A stretch of 64,000 nt of DNA. Origin: Alloascoidea hylecoeti (Eukaryota). The notes under the pieces were generated by a model. It was not told the DNA's origin. It saw only the letters and a list, made by a program, of their open reading frames with translations, and did no database searches. The position numbers were made by a program, and so were the translations under genes. Positions within the stretch are counted from its first letter, which is position 1, and each line of letters starts with the position of its first letter. Positions 12,413 to 23,791 of the stretch are shown piece after piece. The stretch spans positions 372,001 through 436,000 of the forward strand of contig BCKZ01000021.1 of NCBI GenBank assembly GCA_001600815.1. Reading direction: 5' to 3'.

Positions 12413-14389
12413 ATGATGATTTCACCCAACTCTGGCTCTAGAAGATCATCAGATTCAGATTCAATTACGGATATCACCAGACTCCCCGAATCGAATCTTA
12501 ATACATTAAGAAGACCATCCCAAAATCATGTTAGTTCTGGTAATCTTAGATCAAATCCAATTGGTAAAAAGTTTTTTATTGGAGGCCATGACTTTGAACA
12601 CCCAAGTTCTAATGATTTTGTACCATTCTTGAAAACAACAAGACTTTCTGTTGAAGGACCAGTTGAATGCGAATTGGAGGGATTTGCTCTTTTAAATTCT
12701 GCTTTATTTAATAAAGGTAGTGCATTTACCTTAGATGAAAGAGAGGAATTCAATTTAACATGTTTATTACCACCAGCTGTTGACACTTTAGATGAGCAAT
12801 TGAATAGAGCTTATAAACAGTTTAAAGCTTTACCCACTGATTTAATGAAAAATGAATTTTGTACTTCTTTAAGATTACAAAATAAAGTTTTGTTCTATGA
12901 ATTAGTCAAAAGACACATTAAAGAAGTATTTCATATCATTTATACTCCAACTGTTGGCGATGCAATTATAAATTATTCCAATCTTTTTAGAAAGCCTGAA
13001 GGTTGCATGCTGGATATAACCAGAAATAATCAGATGCAAATTGAAAAATCTTTAGAACCATTTGGTACAGATGAAGATATTGATTATATTGTTGTTTCTG
13101 ATGGTGAGGGTGTTTTAGGAATTGGTGATCAAGGTGTTGGCGGTATTGGAATTGTAATTGGTAAACTGGCACTCATGACTGCTTGTGCTGGTATACACCC
13201 TGGTCGTGTTATTCCTGTTACTTTGGATGTTGGTACAAATAATCAAAAACTATTGGATGATCCGTTATACCTTGGTAATAGATTTCCAAGAGTTAGAGGT
13301 GAAAAATACGATAGATTTGTCTACAATTTCATTCAAGTTATCAAAAAAAGATTTCCTAGCGCGGTTTTACATTTTGAAGATTTTGGTGTTACTACTGCCA
13401 GGAAAGTCTTGAATTCATATAGAGGTGAACTTCCTTGTTTTAACGATGATATTCAAGGAACTGGTGCTGTTGTGATGTCTTCGATAACTGCCGGTCTCAA
13501 AATCACCAGTCTACCTTTGAATGATATAAAAGTAGTCATATTTGGTGCTGGTAGTGCTGGTCTTGGTATCGCTTTCCAAATTGTCGATAATTTAGTTTCT
13601 AATGGTCTTTCATTAAGAGAGGCGAGAGATAAGATTAATTTAGTTGATAGACAAGGTCTACTTTTGAAATCTCAAAAGGGGTTGATGTCACAGGAACAGG
13701 CCCTATTTGCATGTGAGGATTCAGAATGGGAGGGTATTGATACAACAAAACTAGTTGAGATTATCAAAAAGGTTCAACCACAGGTTTTAGTTGGTTGCTC
13801 GACAAGACCAAAGGCATTTACCGAAGAGGTTGTAAAGGAAATGCATAAATATGTTTCAAGACCAATGATTTTCCCTTTATCAAATCCAACAAGATTACAC
13901 GAAGCGGTTCCCTCAGATTTATTGGCGTGGACAAATGGACAGGCGTTAGTTGCAACCGGCTCACCATTCGCTCCAGTTAATGGAAAAATCATTTCAGAAA
14001 ATAATAACTGTTTTACTTTTCCAGGTATTGGCCTTGGTGCTGTATTATCTAGAGCCAAAATTATTTCTAATGGTATGATTGCCGCTGCTGTTACTGAACT
14101 TGCAAGCATGTCACCATCACTTGAAGACGAAAATGGGGGTCTTCTACCACAAGTAACAAATATTAGAGAAGTAAGTGCGAGAGTCGCAACAGCGGTTGTT
14201 TTAGAAACGGTCAAAGAACAATCAGCAAGAGTTATTCATGAAACAAGACCACAATCTTCAAGAAGAGTTGAGATTCCAGATAATTTTGACGACTGTTTAA
14301 AATGGGTTAAAACACAAATGTGGGACTCGAATTATAGACCAATGGTTAAGCCACCATTAGGAAGAAGTCCTTCGACACATCAATTTTAG
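12413..14389 (+). CDS. MAE1: Malic enzyme, paralog B, with Ser/Arg-rich N-terminal extension (probably cytosolic)
   Basis: Same malic enzyme motifs (NKGSAF, GIGDQG, HFEDF, FNDDIQGTG, GAGSAG, LSNPT). Start is uncertain: in-frame ATG at 12314, or MMISP at 12413 (preferred). Confidence 0.93.
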   Translation: MMISPNSGSRRSSDSDSITDITRLPESNLNTLRRPSQNHVSSGNLRSNPIGKKFFIGGHDFEHPSSNDFVPFLKTTRLSVEGPVECELEGFALLNSALFNKGSAFTLDEREEFNLTCLLPPAVDTLDEQLNRAYKQFKALPTDLMKNEFCTSLRLQNKVLFYELVKRHIKEVFHIIYTPTVGDAIINYSNLFRKPEGCMLDITRNNQMQIEKSLEPFGTDEDIDYIVVSDGEGVLGIGDQGVGGIGIVIGKLALMTACAGIHPGRVIPVTLDVGTNNQKLLDDPLYLGNRFPRVRGEKYDRFVYNFIQVIKKRFPSAVLHFEDFGVTTARKVLNSYRGELPCFNDDIQGTGAVVMSSITAGLKITSLPLNDIKVVIFGAGSAGLGIAFQIVDNLVSNGLSLREARDKINLVDRQGLLLKSQKGLMSQEQALFACEDSEWEGIDTTKLVEIIKKVQPQVLVGCSTRPKAFTEEVVKEMHKYVSRPMIFPLSNPTRLHEAVPSDLLAWTNGQALVATGSPFAPVNGKIISENNNCFTFPGIGLGAVLSRAKIISNGMIAAAVTELASMSPSLEDENGGLLPQVTNIREVSARVATAVVLETVKEQSARVIHETRPQSSRRVEIPDNFDDCLKWVKTQMWDSNYRPMVKPPLGRSPSTHQF

Positions 14390-14460
14390 AGCTAACTATT
14401 ATTTATATTATTGGAGTTGTGTAAATTGTTGATATTTTAATATCGCGATTGCGATCATTA

Positions 14461-14502
14461 TATTTATTATTTATTATTTATTATTTATTATTTATTATTT
14501 AT
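14461..14502. repeat. Microsatellite (TATTTAT)x6
   Basis: Read directly; lies just 3' of malic enzyme B. Confidence 0.9.
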
Positions 14503-14870
14503 TATTACTATAGCGCCACATAGTTATATACTAGCAGTTAATTATTAGCTACATAGTGAAAAACTTATTTATTATATCTTGATTCATGTTTAATTTGAAG
14601 TATCGCACAATGTACTATATAAGGTCTTATAATATTTATTATTGGATGTAGGTAGATTGTAGAATATCAATGAATAAATGTAAGCTCATAGTTGTAGATC
14701 TAGAAAAAAAAAAACGGTTATATAGTACATATTAACGTATAGATCTATTGACACAATGAGATGAGATATCAAATGGAGTTAACCTCAACTTATTCATGCT
14801 TCAACGACTTAAACAAAGATTAGTATAAGCCTTACAGATTTCCGCATCTTAATATACTGTATATAAGATC

Positions 14871-14954
14871 TTATAGTTATAGTTATAGTTATAGTTATAG
14901 TTATAGTTATAGTTATAGTTATAGTTATAGTTATAGTTATAGTTATAGTTATAG
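14871..14954. repeat. Microsatellite (TTATAG)x14
   Basis: 84 bp perfect hexamer array. Confidence 0.95.
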
Positions 14955-15329
14955 GTGTTGTACTTAACGTTATTGATCCATAGCATTATAACTGTCTTGT
15001 TTTTCGAGTTTAAGCTTTTAATAATGGACTATGATTCAGGAAAACATAACATGAAAACTTTTAAAACTTATAATTAATCGATTAGAGCATTAATTGGAAA
15101 TAGAATAGATTTTGATATATGCCTTACACTCATCTTTGTAATTAACCAATTTGCAACTTGTACCAGGTACATATCCATAAATTAAATTATTAATTAAATT
15201 ATACAATATTAATTGTAATAGTAGGGCTTTCAACTTTCAACTTTCCTTTTCAACTGAATTCCCCACAATATATGTATACTATTTTAATCATATAAATAAA
15301 GTTATTCCTAGTAACAACAAATAATATAT

Positions 15330-18300
15330 CTAGAAACTAATTATTATAAATTTATCACTTCTTGGGATTTTCTGGAAGGAACTATTATTCTGTTTCTCGT
15401 TGATATTATCATTACCATATGCATGTTCATATTTAAATTTAGCCTTTTCCATTTCTAGCCATAGAGTGTCACCAGCAATATTATCAAATGACTCTAATAG
15501 TTCATTTTTTATACTTGGTTTGATCGTAATTAAGGGTGGAACTTGACGATCCAGGGTTAACAAAGGAATAAGGAGAGTAATCAGTTCGGTGATTTTTGAT
15601 TTAGAGAGATTTAGACCACAGTTACTTTTTAATATTATTGATAAACTTTTACAAATTGCTGTTAAAAGTCTTGAATTATAAGTAAATTTTGAAATCCATT
15701 TTTGGTTTTCTGTGGGATTAGTGATTGAATCTGAATCAGAATTATAAGTTTTAGTAATTTTCTGTTGGGAATTGTTAGTATGATGATTATAATTTGAATC
15801 CTTCTTTAATGATGTTGCCGATAATGTAATGATATCATTTAAGTTATCCATATTATTAAAGGTATATTCCGGTATACCATTATTAATAATTGAAACTGAT
15901 GATTTTCTAGTGATAATATCTTTTCCGATATTTTCCTTTGAACTATTTAATAACAATAATTGTTTCTTAACATGTTCATCTATAAGACCTTCGATTCTAT
16001 TTACCATAAAATCACCTGCGTATTTAGTTAGGGACGCCACACATTCAAATAAAGATTCTAGTACAAATATTTCATTTTTATTTTCGTTAAAATTTGTGAT
16101 TAGCGTTGGCCAAATTTCATTAACATGGGGTAAAAATTTATCAGGATTTGTTGAAAGTATAGGAGCCGCGAGGCTAATTAATTTAATGATATTATTTTTA
16201 ATAAATATTGACTCGTGAGTTAAGAAATTTTGAGCATATTTAGCTATTTTCAAAACAAGGTTATACTGAAGATCTGNGATAGGACATTTGGGATCATAAT
16301 CATCAGATTCATTTTCTTGTGGGGAAATAAGACTTTCATCCATTGGTTCTTCAAATAGTTCGGAATCTTCATCTTCATCATCGGAATCAACTTCACGAAT
16401 ATTTCCTTCTTTAATCTCATCATTTCCTCGGGCAAAGGGTTTATTATGATGGTTCCATATTTTCCCGTCAGTTTTAATAGGCTCCTCTAGATCTATTTTT
16501 GGTTTTGTGTTTAACATTTCAATTAATTGATTTTGTGTAGTAATATGAACCGATGATAATAATTTTTGCCTCTTGTCCTCTTCTTTTTTCTTTGTTTCAT
16601 TATAATTATCGATTTCCTGTTTATATTGAATTTGTATTTGTTCGATTAATTCTTTAAAAATAATGAAAAAATTATCAACCAATTTGTTATAACCATGATA
16701 ATCATCTAGAATAACAAACATCGTATCAATTACATCATCAATATACGGACTTAATGAAGCGCCAGCTAATTTAATCAGGACCATTAAAACGCCAGTTGAT
16801 TGCGGAGAGATTTCTAAGGTTGAAAATCTAATTGAGATTGCATCAATTAAATAATCGGCATTGCTCACCAATAAATCAGTTAATGATTCATAATTACATT
16901 CTTTTATAATTTTTGAAATCGTATTTTGAGCAGAGGATCGAACTAGTTGATTTGTTGATGCTAATGAATTAACAATTGGAAATAGATGGTCGATTAATTC
17001 AGATTTAAAGGCTGGACCCATAAAATTAATGACACTTCCAATTCCGTCAATTGCAATAGCTGAATATGCATTAAAAGTCTCGCCAGCTTTTGTTTCTATA
17101 AATTTTAATGGTGCTGATATTATTATGCCACATGTTGTTAGAAAATCATATATTATTGAAGGATCAATTTTAGTACTATTATTATTATCATCATCATCAC
17201 TAATATTAATAAAAGATTCAAGACCTTCTTTATCATTATCATTAACATTATTCATATAACCTTTCATTAGCTGTGAATACATCCAAAATGAAATCAAATT
17301 ATTTGTCGAAGATAATGTTGATTCAAGTGTATAATCCCTTTGTGATAACACCCGTAGAGTTAAATTTCCGGATTTATATTTACTTATTTGGCGAAGCAAT
17401 AAATAAAGTGAATTTGTTACTTTTTCTGATGGACCATTCTCAATGCCGAACTGTTTAAAATCATAATTATTTACAATATCATCATTTGAGTTTAAATTTG
17501 AATTTGACTTTGAAATTGTTGTTACACTCGATGGTGATAATGTAGAAATGACATAATTTAACGATTCATCATTATTAGTTTGTATCATTTTTTGTTTATT
17601 TATCGTTGCTCTTAAATTTATTGAAGTCTCTAAAATATTAATTAATGAATTAGTTAGAAAATTTAAGGATTCATCGTCATCATCAATTTCAGATATTATA
17701 CCAATCGTTATCTTTATAAGATTGATAGTAGTAATCGTATAATCTTCATCGTTTGATAGCATTAAATTTGATAATGAATTAATCCAATTAAATAATTTAT
17801 CTTTCAGAATATTTTTAAAATTCTTTTTAGAATGTGAATATAGCTCAATATCAATTTTGATTCTATCATGTAATTCATAATCCAAATCAGTTTTTGAATT
17901 GTATGATAAAAGAAATGCCATTGTGTCAATTGCAATCGGTAAGCAATTATCTAATGATACATTACAATGAGTTATTAATTTTTCATAAAGGGATAATAGT
18001 GACATTCGAACCTCTGAATTAGAATGTGTTCGGATTGGTATTATTGAACTTAATGACATTTTAACTTGCTCTTTTGTTGCTTTTAACCAACTGTTTGTTC
18101 GATGAATTTTCTTATCGTTATCGTTATCATTATTAATAGTTCCCACTTGTTGTTTTAAAATATCGTTAACGGTAGTTGATTCTAGTATCTCATCATTTTT
18201 GATTCCTAAGTCATAGTCATCAAACACTTTTTGTAATAACGAACCCATTAGTAAAAGTGATTTTTCCAAGATTTTATGATGCCTTTTAATACCTGATCTT

Positions 18301-19100
18301 GGAGATATTGTTTTACATAGACTTGACATAAAACCAGGTAAAACATTTGATAATAACTCCCCATCGTTTATCAATATTGATACTAGTATATGTAAAGCAT
18401 CTAATGATGATAATTGTGCCTCAATTGAATCCGACGAGGTTACTAAGACATTTAATAATACACTAATAACATGAGCTAAAGGAGGTAAATTTTCAACATT
18501 TTTGAAAAAATCAAAAAGATGAGGATTTGAAGAGCTTGACATTGATTGAAATAAGGAATATAATGCTTTTGAGCCCTCATTTTTTAATTCGTCTGATTTA
18601 GTTCTATCGTCATATTCTTTTGTATTACTATTAATATTACTTTTGTTAGTATTTGAAGACCCAGGAGGTGAACCGCCAGTTAGAAAAGTGATCAAGATTA
18701 CTAGTTGTTTTGCCATGTTGCTACTCATTCCATCGTTATTCCAGCAACATCTAATTAAGAAACCTATTATATTTAATACTAGCTCAATAGCTCTATCACT
18801 TGGTAATTTATTTTGCTTCAAAAGCTGAGATATTGGGAAGAAGACATAATCTGCAAATGGGGGGGTAAGACTATCTTCATTTTGCCCATATTCCTGTTCC
18901 AATGAATGGAATATATTAGAGAGACCTTCAAGTTCATTTATTATATCACGGGATTGTGGGTTATATGAAGATTGTGGGACTAATATTAGTTTTGATAAAG
19001 CGACACAATGAGGTTGGACCTAAATATAAATGTTAAAAGACAAACCGAACACTTAAATATTGATGTTAATTACCTTTTGGAAAATTTGTCTTTTTGTCAT
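15330..19100 (-). CDS. TTI1: TEL2-interacting protein 1 (TTT complex), about 1238 aa; exons 19100-19074 and 19019-15330
   Basis: Spliced N-terminus MTKRQIFQK|VQPHCVALSK across a 54-nt GTAATT..TAG intron. Motifs FADYVFFPISQLLK, HRTNSWLKATKEQV, NADYLIDAIS and FLPHVNEIWP; HEAT-like helical composition. Confidence 0.9.
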
Positions 19101-19745
19101 TTTCTATTGAAATCCAAGAAGGTTAATCGATATCCTAATTAAGGGGTAGTTGTGAGACTGTGTCGAGGGTAAATCCAGTCACGGAGTATTTCACATTTTT
19201 TTTTCTCCTTTCCTTCTTTCCTCTTATTTATTTACCTTTATAATTGAAACATAAATATTTGCATATAATGATGATTTTTAATTAAGATGAATATAATTTT
19301 GTATTTTTATTTTGTATTTTACCTTATTTCTTGCTTTTTATATTTTATTTTACTAACCGGGTTATAACTGGATGAATTGAAGTTTATTAAGTCTTTGTTT
19401 GTCTTTTAAATATCCGGAATATTAAAGGGAATTTTACAGAAGTTAATGCAGCCGATTATGAAATATTATTTATTTTATTACAGGACTATATTGTTTAGCT
19501 TTTTTAAAGGTTCACGACATTTAATTTTGCAAATGAATCAACATTTTTCATCTTGATTGGATATCATCTTTTGTGTAACTTATATATTCATGTTAATTAT
19601 ACGATTTTTTGTTTTACAATTGACTGGTTATTGCCATTGGCAAGATCAAATGTGGTTAAATAAGTAACTAGAGGCCAACTATATTATTTTAACTAACCAA
19701 CAATATTCACAGGTATACAAATCCAATATATAACAATAGTTTTTT

Positions 19746-21744
19746 TTAGAACATTAAACTTTCCTCATTAATTGCGAACAAAGTACTAGTTATCCAGCAT
19801 CCAATAATTGCGAATAAAGAAAGGATCCATATATTTTTATTTTCTTTAATAAATAAACCATCTGAATTTTTTTTAATATTCTGATGACCTTTGGTGGTGC
19901 CAGAAACTGCGGTATTAGCATTACCATTCTTAGTTGGGGTCGAAATTGACTTAGTTCCTATATTTTTATTCGGGTTTGTTTGTTCAGAAACCTGTTTAGG
20001 ACTTGAATCTAAACCTGTTGAATTATGTGAATATGAACCTGTTTTACCTCCAGCAAAATTTGGACCTGCTGAACCTCCGGTTGAACTTTGACCTGAATTT
20101 GAAGGTTTTAGATCTAAGTTATTGTTTAAATTAGATCCTAAATCAGAATATTCATCCGAATTTGAACCACAATTTGAGTTAGGTGTAATACAATCAATAT
20201 CAACTAGAATTTTTAATTTGGGATCAATCTCCTCTTTATTGGTACCCACAATTTTAAATGAAGTCCGTAAATCACTTTCAAGTAATTCAACATATTCCCC
20301 ATGATGGTCAACATTTCTAAGTGACTTCATTTTGATAAATGCGGCGAGGGCCTTTGGTAAATTTGTTGAAACAACTAAATTTTGATAAAAGTGTTTGCAT
20401 TTGATTATTTCATCATCATTCTTCGTTAGATCTTTTTCAACCAAGTTCAAATCAGTCATAATTTCATTTTCTTTAATTAAATTATACTGATATTGTAAGG
20501 CATCAAAATCATCTCTGATTGCAGCGTTTCCGTTCGAATCAAGGTCCACAAGACCATAGTTATTGGGTTCCTGAGAAAATTCATAAATCAACCCACCGGA
20601 AAAAACATGAGACATTTGAGTTGAATATAAAGCTTGAACTTCTTGAAATAACCTTGGTGTAACAGCATTACAACCATACCTAACAGGAAAAAAAAACATT
20701 AGTACACATGATGAATATAACTGTTGAATGTTCAAACATACTCAGATAAGAATACAGGCTTGCTATAGTTCTCATGGTCTTTTACTAAATTTTCATATCC
20801 ACTTGTTTTCATAGTCTGTTCACCACACCATTGATAAGAGTTAAGACCATAAAAATCGACAGAAACACTGGGATCACCACATTCTAAAAACTTTGATAAG
20901 GAAACACGATAAGTTAAATCATCTGAAGCAGAATAACCAACGGGTATCTTTCGAGGTGAATTTTCAGAAATATATGATTTCAAATCCCTTATGACTGCTT
21001 TAGTGTAAACAGTACTAACCTATGGAAAGAGTGGAATTAGCTATAAGATCAAGCGATATTAATATTCATATATTATAACTTACTGTAGCAGATTCTTGAT
21101 CATTTATAATTTCGTTACCAGCAAAGAAACCCAAAGTATTATTATAATAAGAGAATCTTTCAACAACTTTAAAGATATGCTTCAAATAACTTGACAAGTA
21201 AGTACTCGATGGATCTATACGATTTAAGTGCTGTCCCTGAATTGGTGAATTCACATCTAGAACCAAATATATGCCGGAAGCAGCTAACATTGTCATACAT
21301 TTATCGTGGTTTAAATCAGGATTAATTGAGTAGATCCTGACAGTCTATTGTATATAAAATAGATAATGAATTAGCGCCAATATTTAAAGTAACCAAGAAA
21401 AATGAAAAACATTACATTTATTCCTAATTCTTGAAACAAAAAGATGTCTCTTGCACAAACATCGGGATTTGATAAAGGATCTTCATTTCCACCCATAGCA
21501 CCAGTAGAGCCACCCGGTTGATAATCGACTCCTTTGATGAAGAACTGAATAATTTATTTGTTAACCACATCATCGACAAGAAAAAAGTTCAAAAAAAGCT
21601 TAGCGCTTGCAATTATAGATCAATTACCGGTTTTTTAGTTACAGAGTCGTAAAAATGACGACCTCTTATTTCAATTGGATGAACCTGACAAAGCACATAG
21701 GAAAAGCAGAGGAATGGAAATGTCAAAAAAGATAACAACATCAT
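19746..21744 (-). CDS. GAS4: GH72 1,3-beta-glucanosyltransferase, Gas4-like, GPI-type C-terminus (572 aa); exons 21744-21628, 21544-21416, 21344-21084, 21019-20742, 20679-19746
   Basis: Signal peptide, then VHPIEIRG, FFIKGVDYQPGG, CARDI, TVRIYSINPDLNHDKCM, catalytic FAGNE and FLSEYGCN, SGGLIYEFSQEPNNYGLV. No Cys-box/X8 domain. Four GT-AG introns keep the frame. Confidence 0.9.
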
Positions 21745-22144
21745 TTTTGGAGTTTTTGCCCGAGAAACGATGAGGAAGAAGAAAAACAAAAGGTTTGGTA
21801 AATTTATGATCCGATGGCAATCAGGGCCCGGGAATCATCACTTTAACGACCCGAATCATTAAGAATTAAATATGACTACTAAACAACAATCTAATATTAT
21901 TGATCGAATATATTAAACAATACAGAAGAGTTAAAATTCGATCTTAATTATATATTTATATTTACATTTATATAAATCTGTACCAACTTAGCAATTTGTG
22001 GTTATTATTCCGGACCGGCCAATAATTTAATTAATATTTGTTCCCCCACGCTTTCTGACACCTTTCCACCTTTTCCACCATAAGAATATAAATACAGAGA
22101 TTTCTCATATTTTCTACATTGCTCTGAATTTTTCGAGTTATATA

Positions 22145-22915
22145 ATGTTATCTTCACTTTTCTCTCTTGAAGGTAAAGTTGCTCTCGTAACTGGCGGAAC
22201 ACGCGGTATTGGAGGAGCAATTGCAACAGGTCTAGCCCAAGCAGGTGCTGATGTGATTTTAGTGCAACGAGAATCAGCTTCGACACAAACTTATGAAGAA
22301 ATCAAAAAAATTGGTAAAAAGACCTTTATAATCCACGCCGAATTGGATAAAAGAGAGCAAGTTGATGAAATTGTACCAAAAGCAATTGAAATATCTCCAA
22401 CTAATCAAATTGATATATTGGTCAATTGTGCTGGAATTCAAAGAAGAAGTCCTTCTCATAAATTTTCAACAAAAGATTGGGATGATGTCATACAAGTAAA
22501 TTTAACAGCCCCGTTTATTTTAGCAAGAGAAGTTGGCGCACATATGATTGAAAAAAATATAAAGGGTAAAATCATCAATATTGCTTCTTTAATAACATTC
22601 CAAGGAGGTATAACTATTCCTGCCTATGCAGCTTCAAAAGGTGGTATCGGCCAATTCACAAAAACTTTATCAAATGAATGGGCATCCAAAGGTATCAATG
22701 TAAATGCAATTGCTCCGGGTTATATCGAAACAGAGATGAATACTGGATTAATTTCGGATCCTGTTAGATCAAAACAAATTCTTGAAAGAATCCCCGCCGG
22801 AAGATGGGGCAAACCTGAGGATTTTGTCGGGCCTGCGGTGTTTTTAGCCAGTTCTTCTTCGAATTATGTTGATGGAGAAATCTTGGTTGTTGATGGAGGT
22901 TGGATGGGCAGATAA
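22145..22915 (+). CDS. Short-chain dehydrogenase, 2-deoxy-D-gluconate 3-dehydrogenase (KduD-like)
   Basis: TGGTRGIG, NCAGIQRR, YAASKGG, VNAIAPGY, RIPAGRWG and C-terminal VDGGWMGR, typical of the KduD subfamily. Confidence 0.88.
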   Translation: MLSSLFSLEGKVALVTGGTRGIGGAIATGLAQAGADVILVQRESASTQTYEEIKKIGKKTFIIHAELDKREQVDEIVPKAIEISPTNQIDILVNCAGIQRRSPSHKFSTKDWDDVIQVNLTAPFILAREVGAHMIEKNIKGKIINIASLITFQGGITIPAYAASKGGIGQFTKTLSNEWASKGINVNAIAPGYIETEMNTGLISDPVRSKQILERIPAGRWGKPEDFVGPAVFLASSSSNYVDGEILVVDGGWMGR

Positions 22916-22920
22916 GCCCA

Positions 22921-22927
22921 CACGTGA
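22921..22927 (-). promoter_or_regulatory. Cbf1-type E-box (TCACGTG) upstream of TSR3
   Basis: CACGTGA on + within the 84-bp gap between the SDR gene and TSR3. Confidence 0.45.
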
Positions 22928-22999
22928 TGCAATGGAGGTTTGGATGTAAAACTTTTTATTTCCTTTTTTTCGAAATTTAGATTTGTATAGAAATATAAA

Positions 23000-23758
23000 A
23001 TGAAAGACAAAAATAAACCTATAAAAGGGCATTCAAAGGGTCATGGTGGTCGTAAACATAACATTTCTCATAAGCCTGTACATGTTAATTTTCCAACTCC
23101 ATTAGCCATGTGGGATTTCGAACAATGTGATCCAAAAAGATGTTCAGGGAAGAAACTTGAAAGACTAGGCTTAATTAGGTCCTTAAAAATTGGTCAAAAA
23201 TTTCAAGGTATTGTTGTTTCATCAAATGGTAAACAAGTCGTATCTCCTGCTGATTTAGAAATTGTTGAATCATTTGGTGTTTCTGTTATTGAATGTAGTT
23301 GGGCAAAAGTTGATGAAATACCGTGGAATAAAATTGGCGGAAAACATGAAAGATTATTACCTTATTTGGTTGCCGCAAATCCAGTTAATTATGGAAAACC
23401 TTGGAGATTAAACTGTGTTGAAGCAATTGCAGCATGTTTAGTTATTGTTGGAAAATACGAATGGGCAGAACAATTGCTTGAAGGTTTTGAATACGGCAAA
23501 ACTTTTTTGCACATCAACGGGGATTTATGGGGGATTTATCAGGATTGTCGAGATAGTGAAGAAATATTATTGAAACAGCAGGAATATTTGGAGATGATTG
23601 AAAAAGAGGCACGTGAGAGACGCGAAGAGACAGATGATGTATGGATGTTAGGGAACACAAATAGAGTCGAACTTGCTTCTTCTTCTGAAGATGATGAAGA
23701 ATCAGATATCGAGAGTGAATTAGAATACGATACTCTTGGAAATAAAATAGAAAATTAA
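23000..23758 (+). CDS. TSR3: 18S rRNA aminocarboxypropyltransferase
   Basis: LAMWDFEQCDPKRCSGKKL, ECSWA, RLLPYLVAANPVNYGKPWRLNCVEA, acidic tail. Confidence 0.97.
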   Translation: MKDKNKPIKGHSKGHGGRKHNISHKPVHVNFPTPLAMWDFEQCDPKRCSGKKLERLGLIRSLKIGQKFQGIVVSSNGKQVVSPADLEIVESFGVSVIECSWAKVDEIPWNKIGGKHERLLPYLVAANPVNYGKPWRLNCVEAIAACLVIVGKYEWAEQLLEGFEYGKTFLHINGDLWGIYQDCRDSEEILLKQQEYLEMIEKEARERREETDDVWMLGNTNRVELASSSEDDEESDIESELEYDTLGNKIEN

Positions 23759-23791
23759 AGATATAAAATTAATTTGTACTACGTAGTATAT

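Noticed and set aside
14871..14954. (TTATAG)n as an interstitial telomere or CRISPR-like array
   Set aside because: No spacers and not G-rich; a simple microsatellite.
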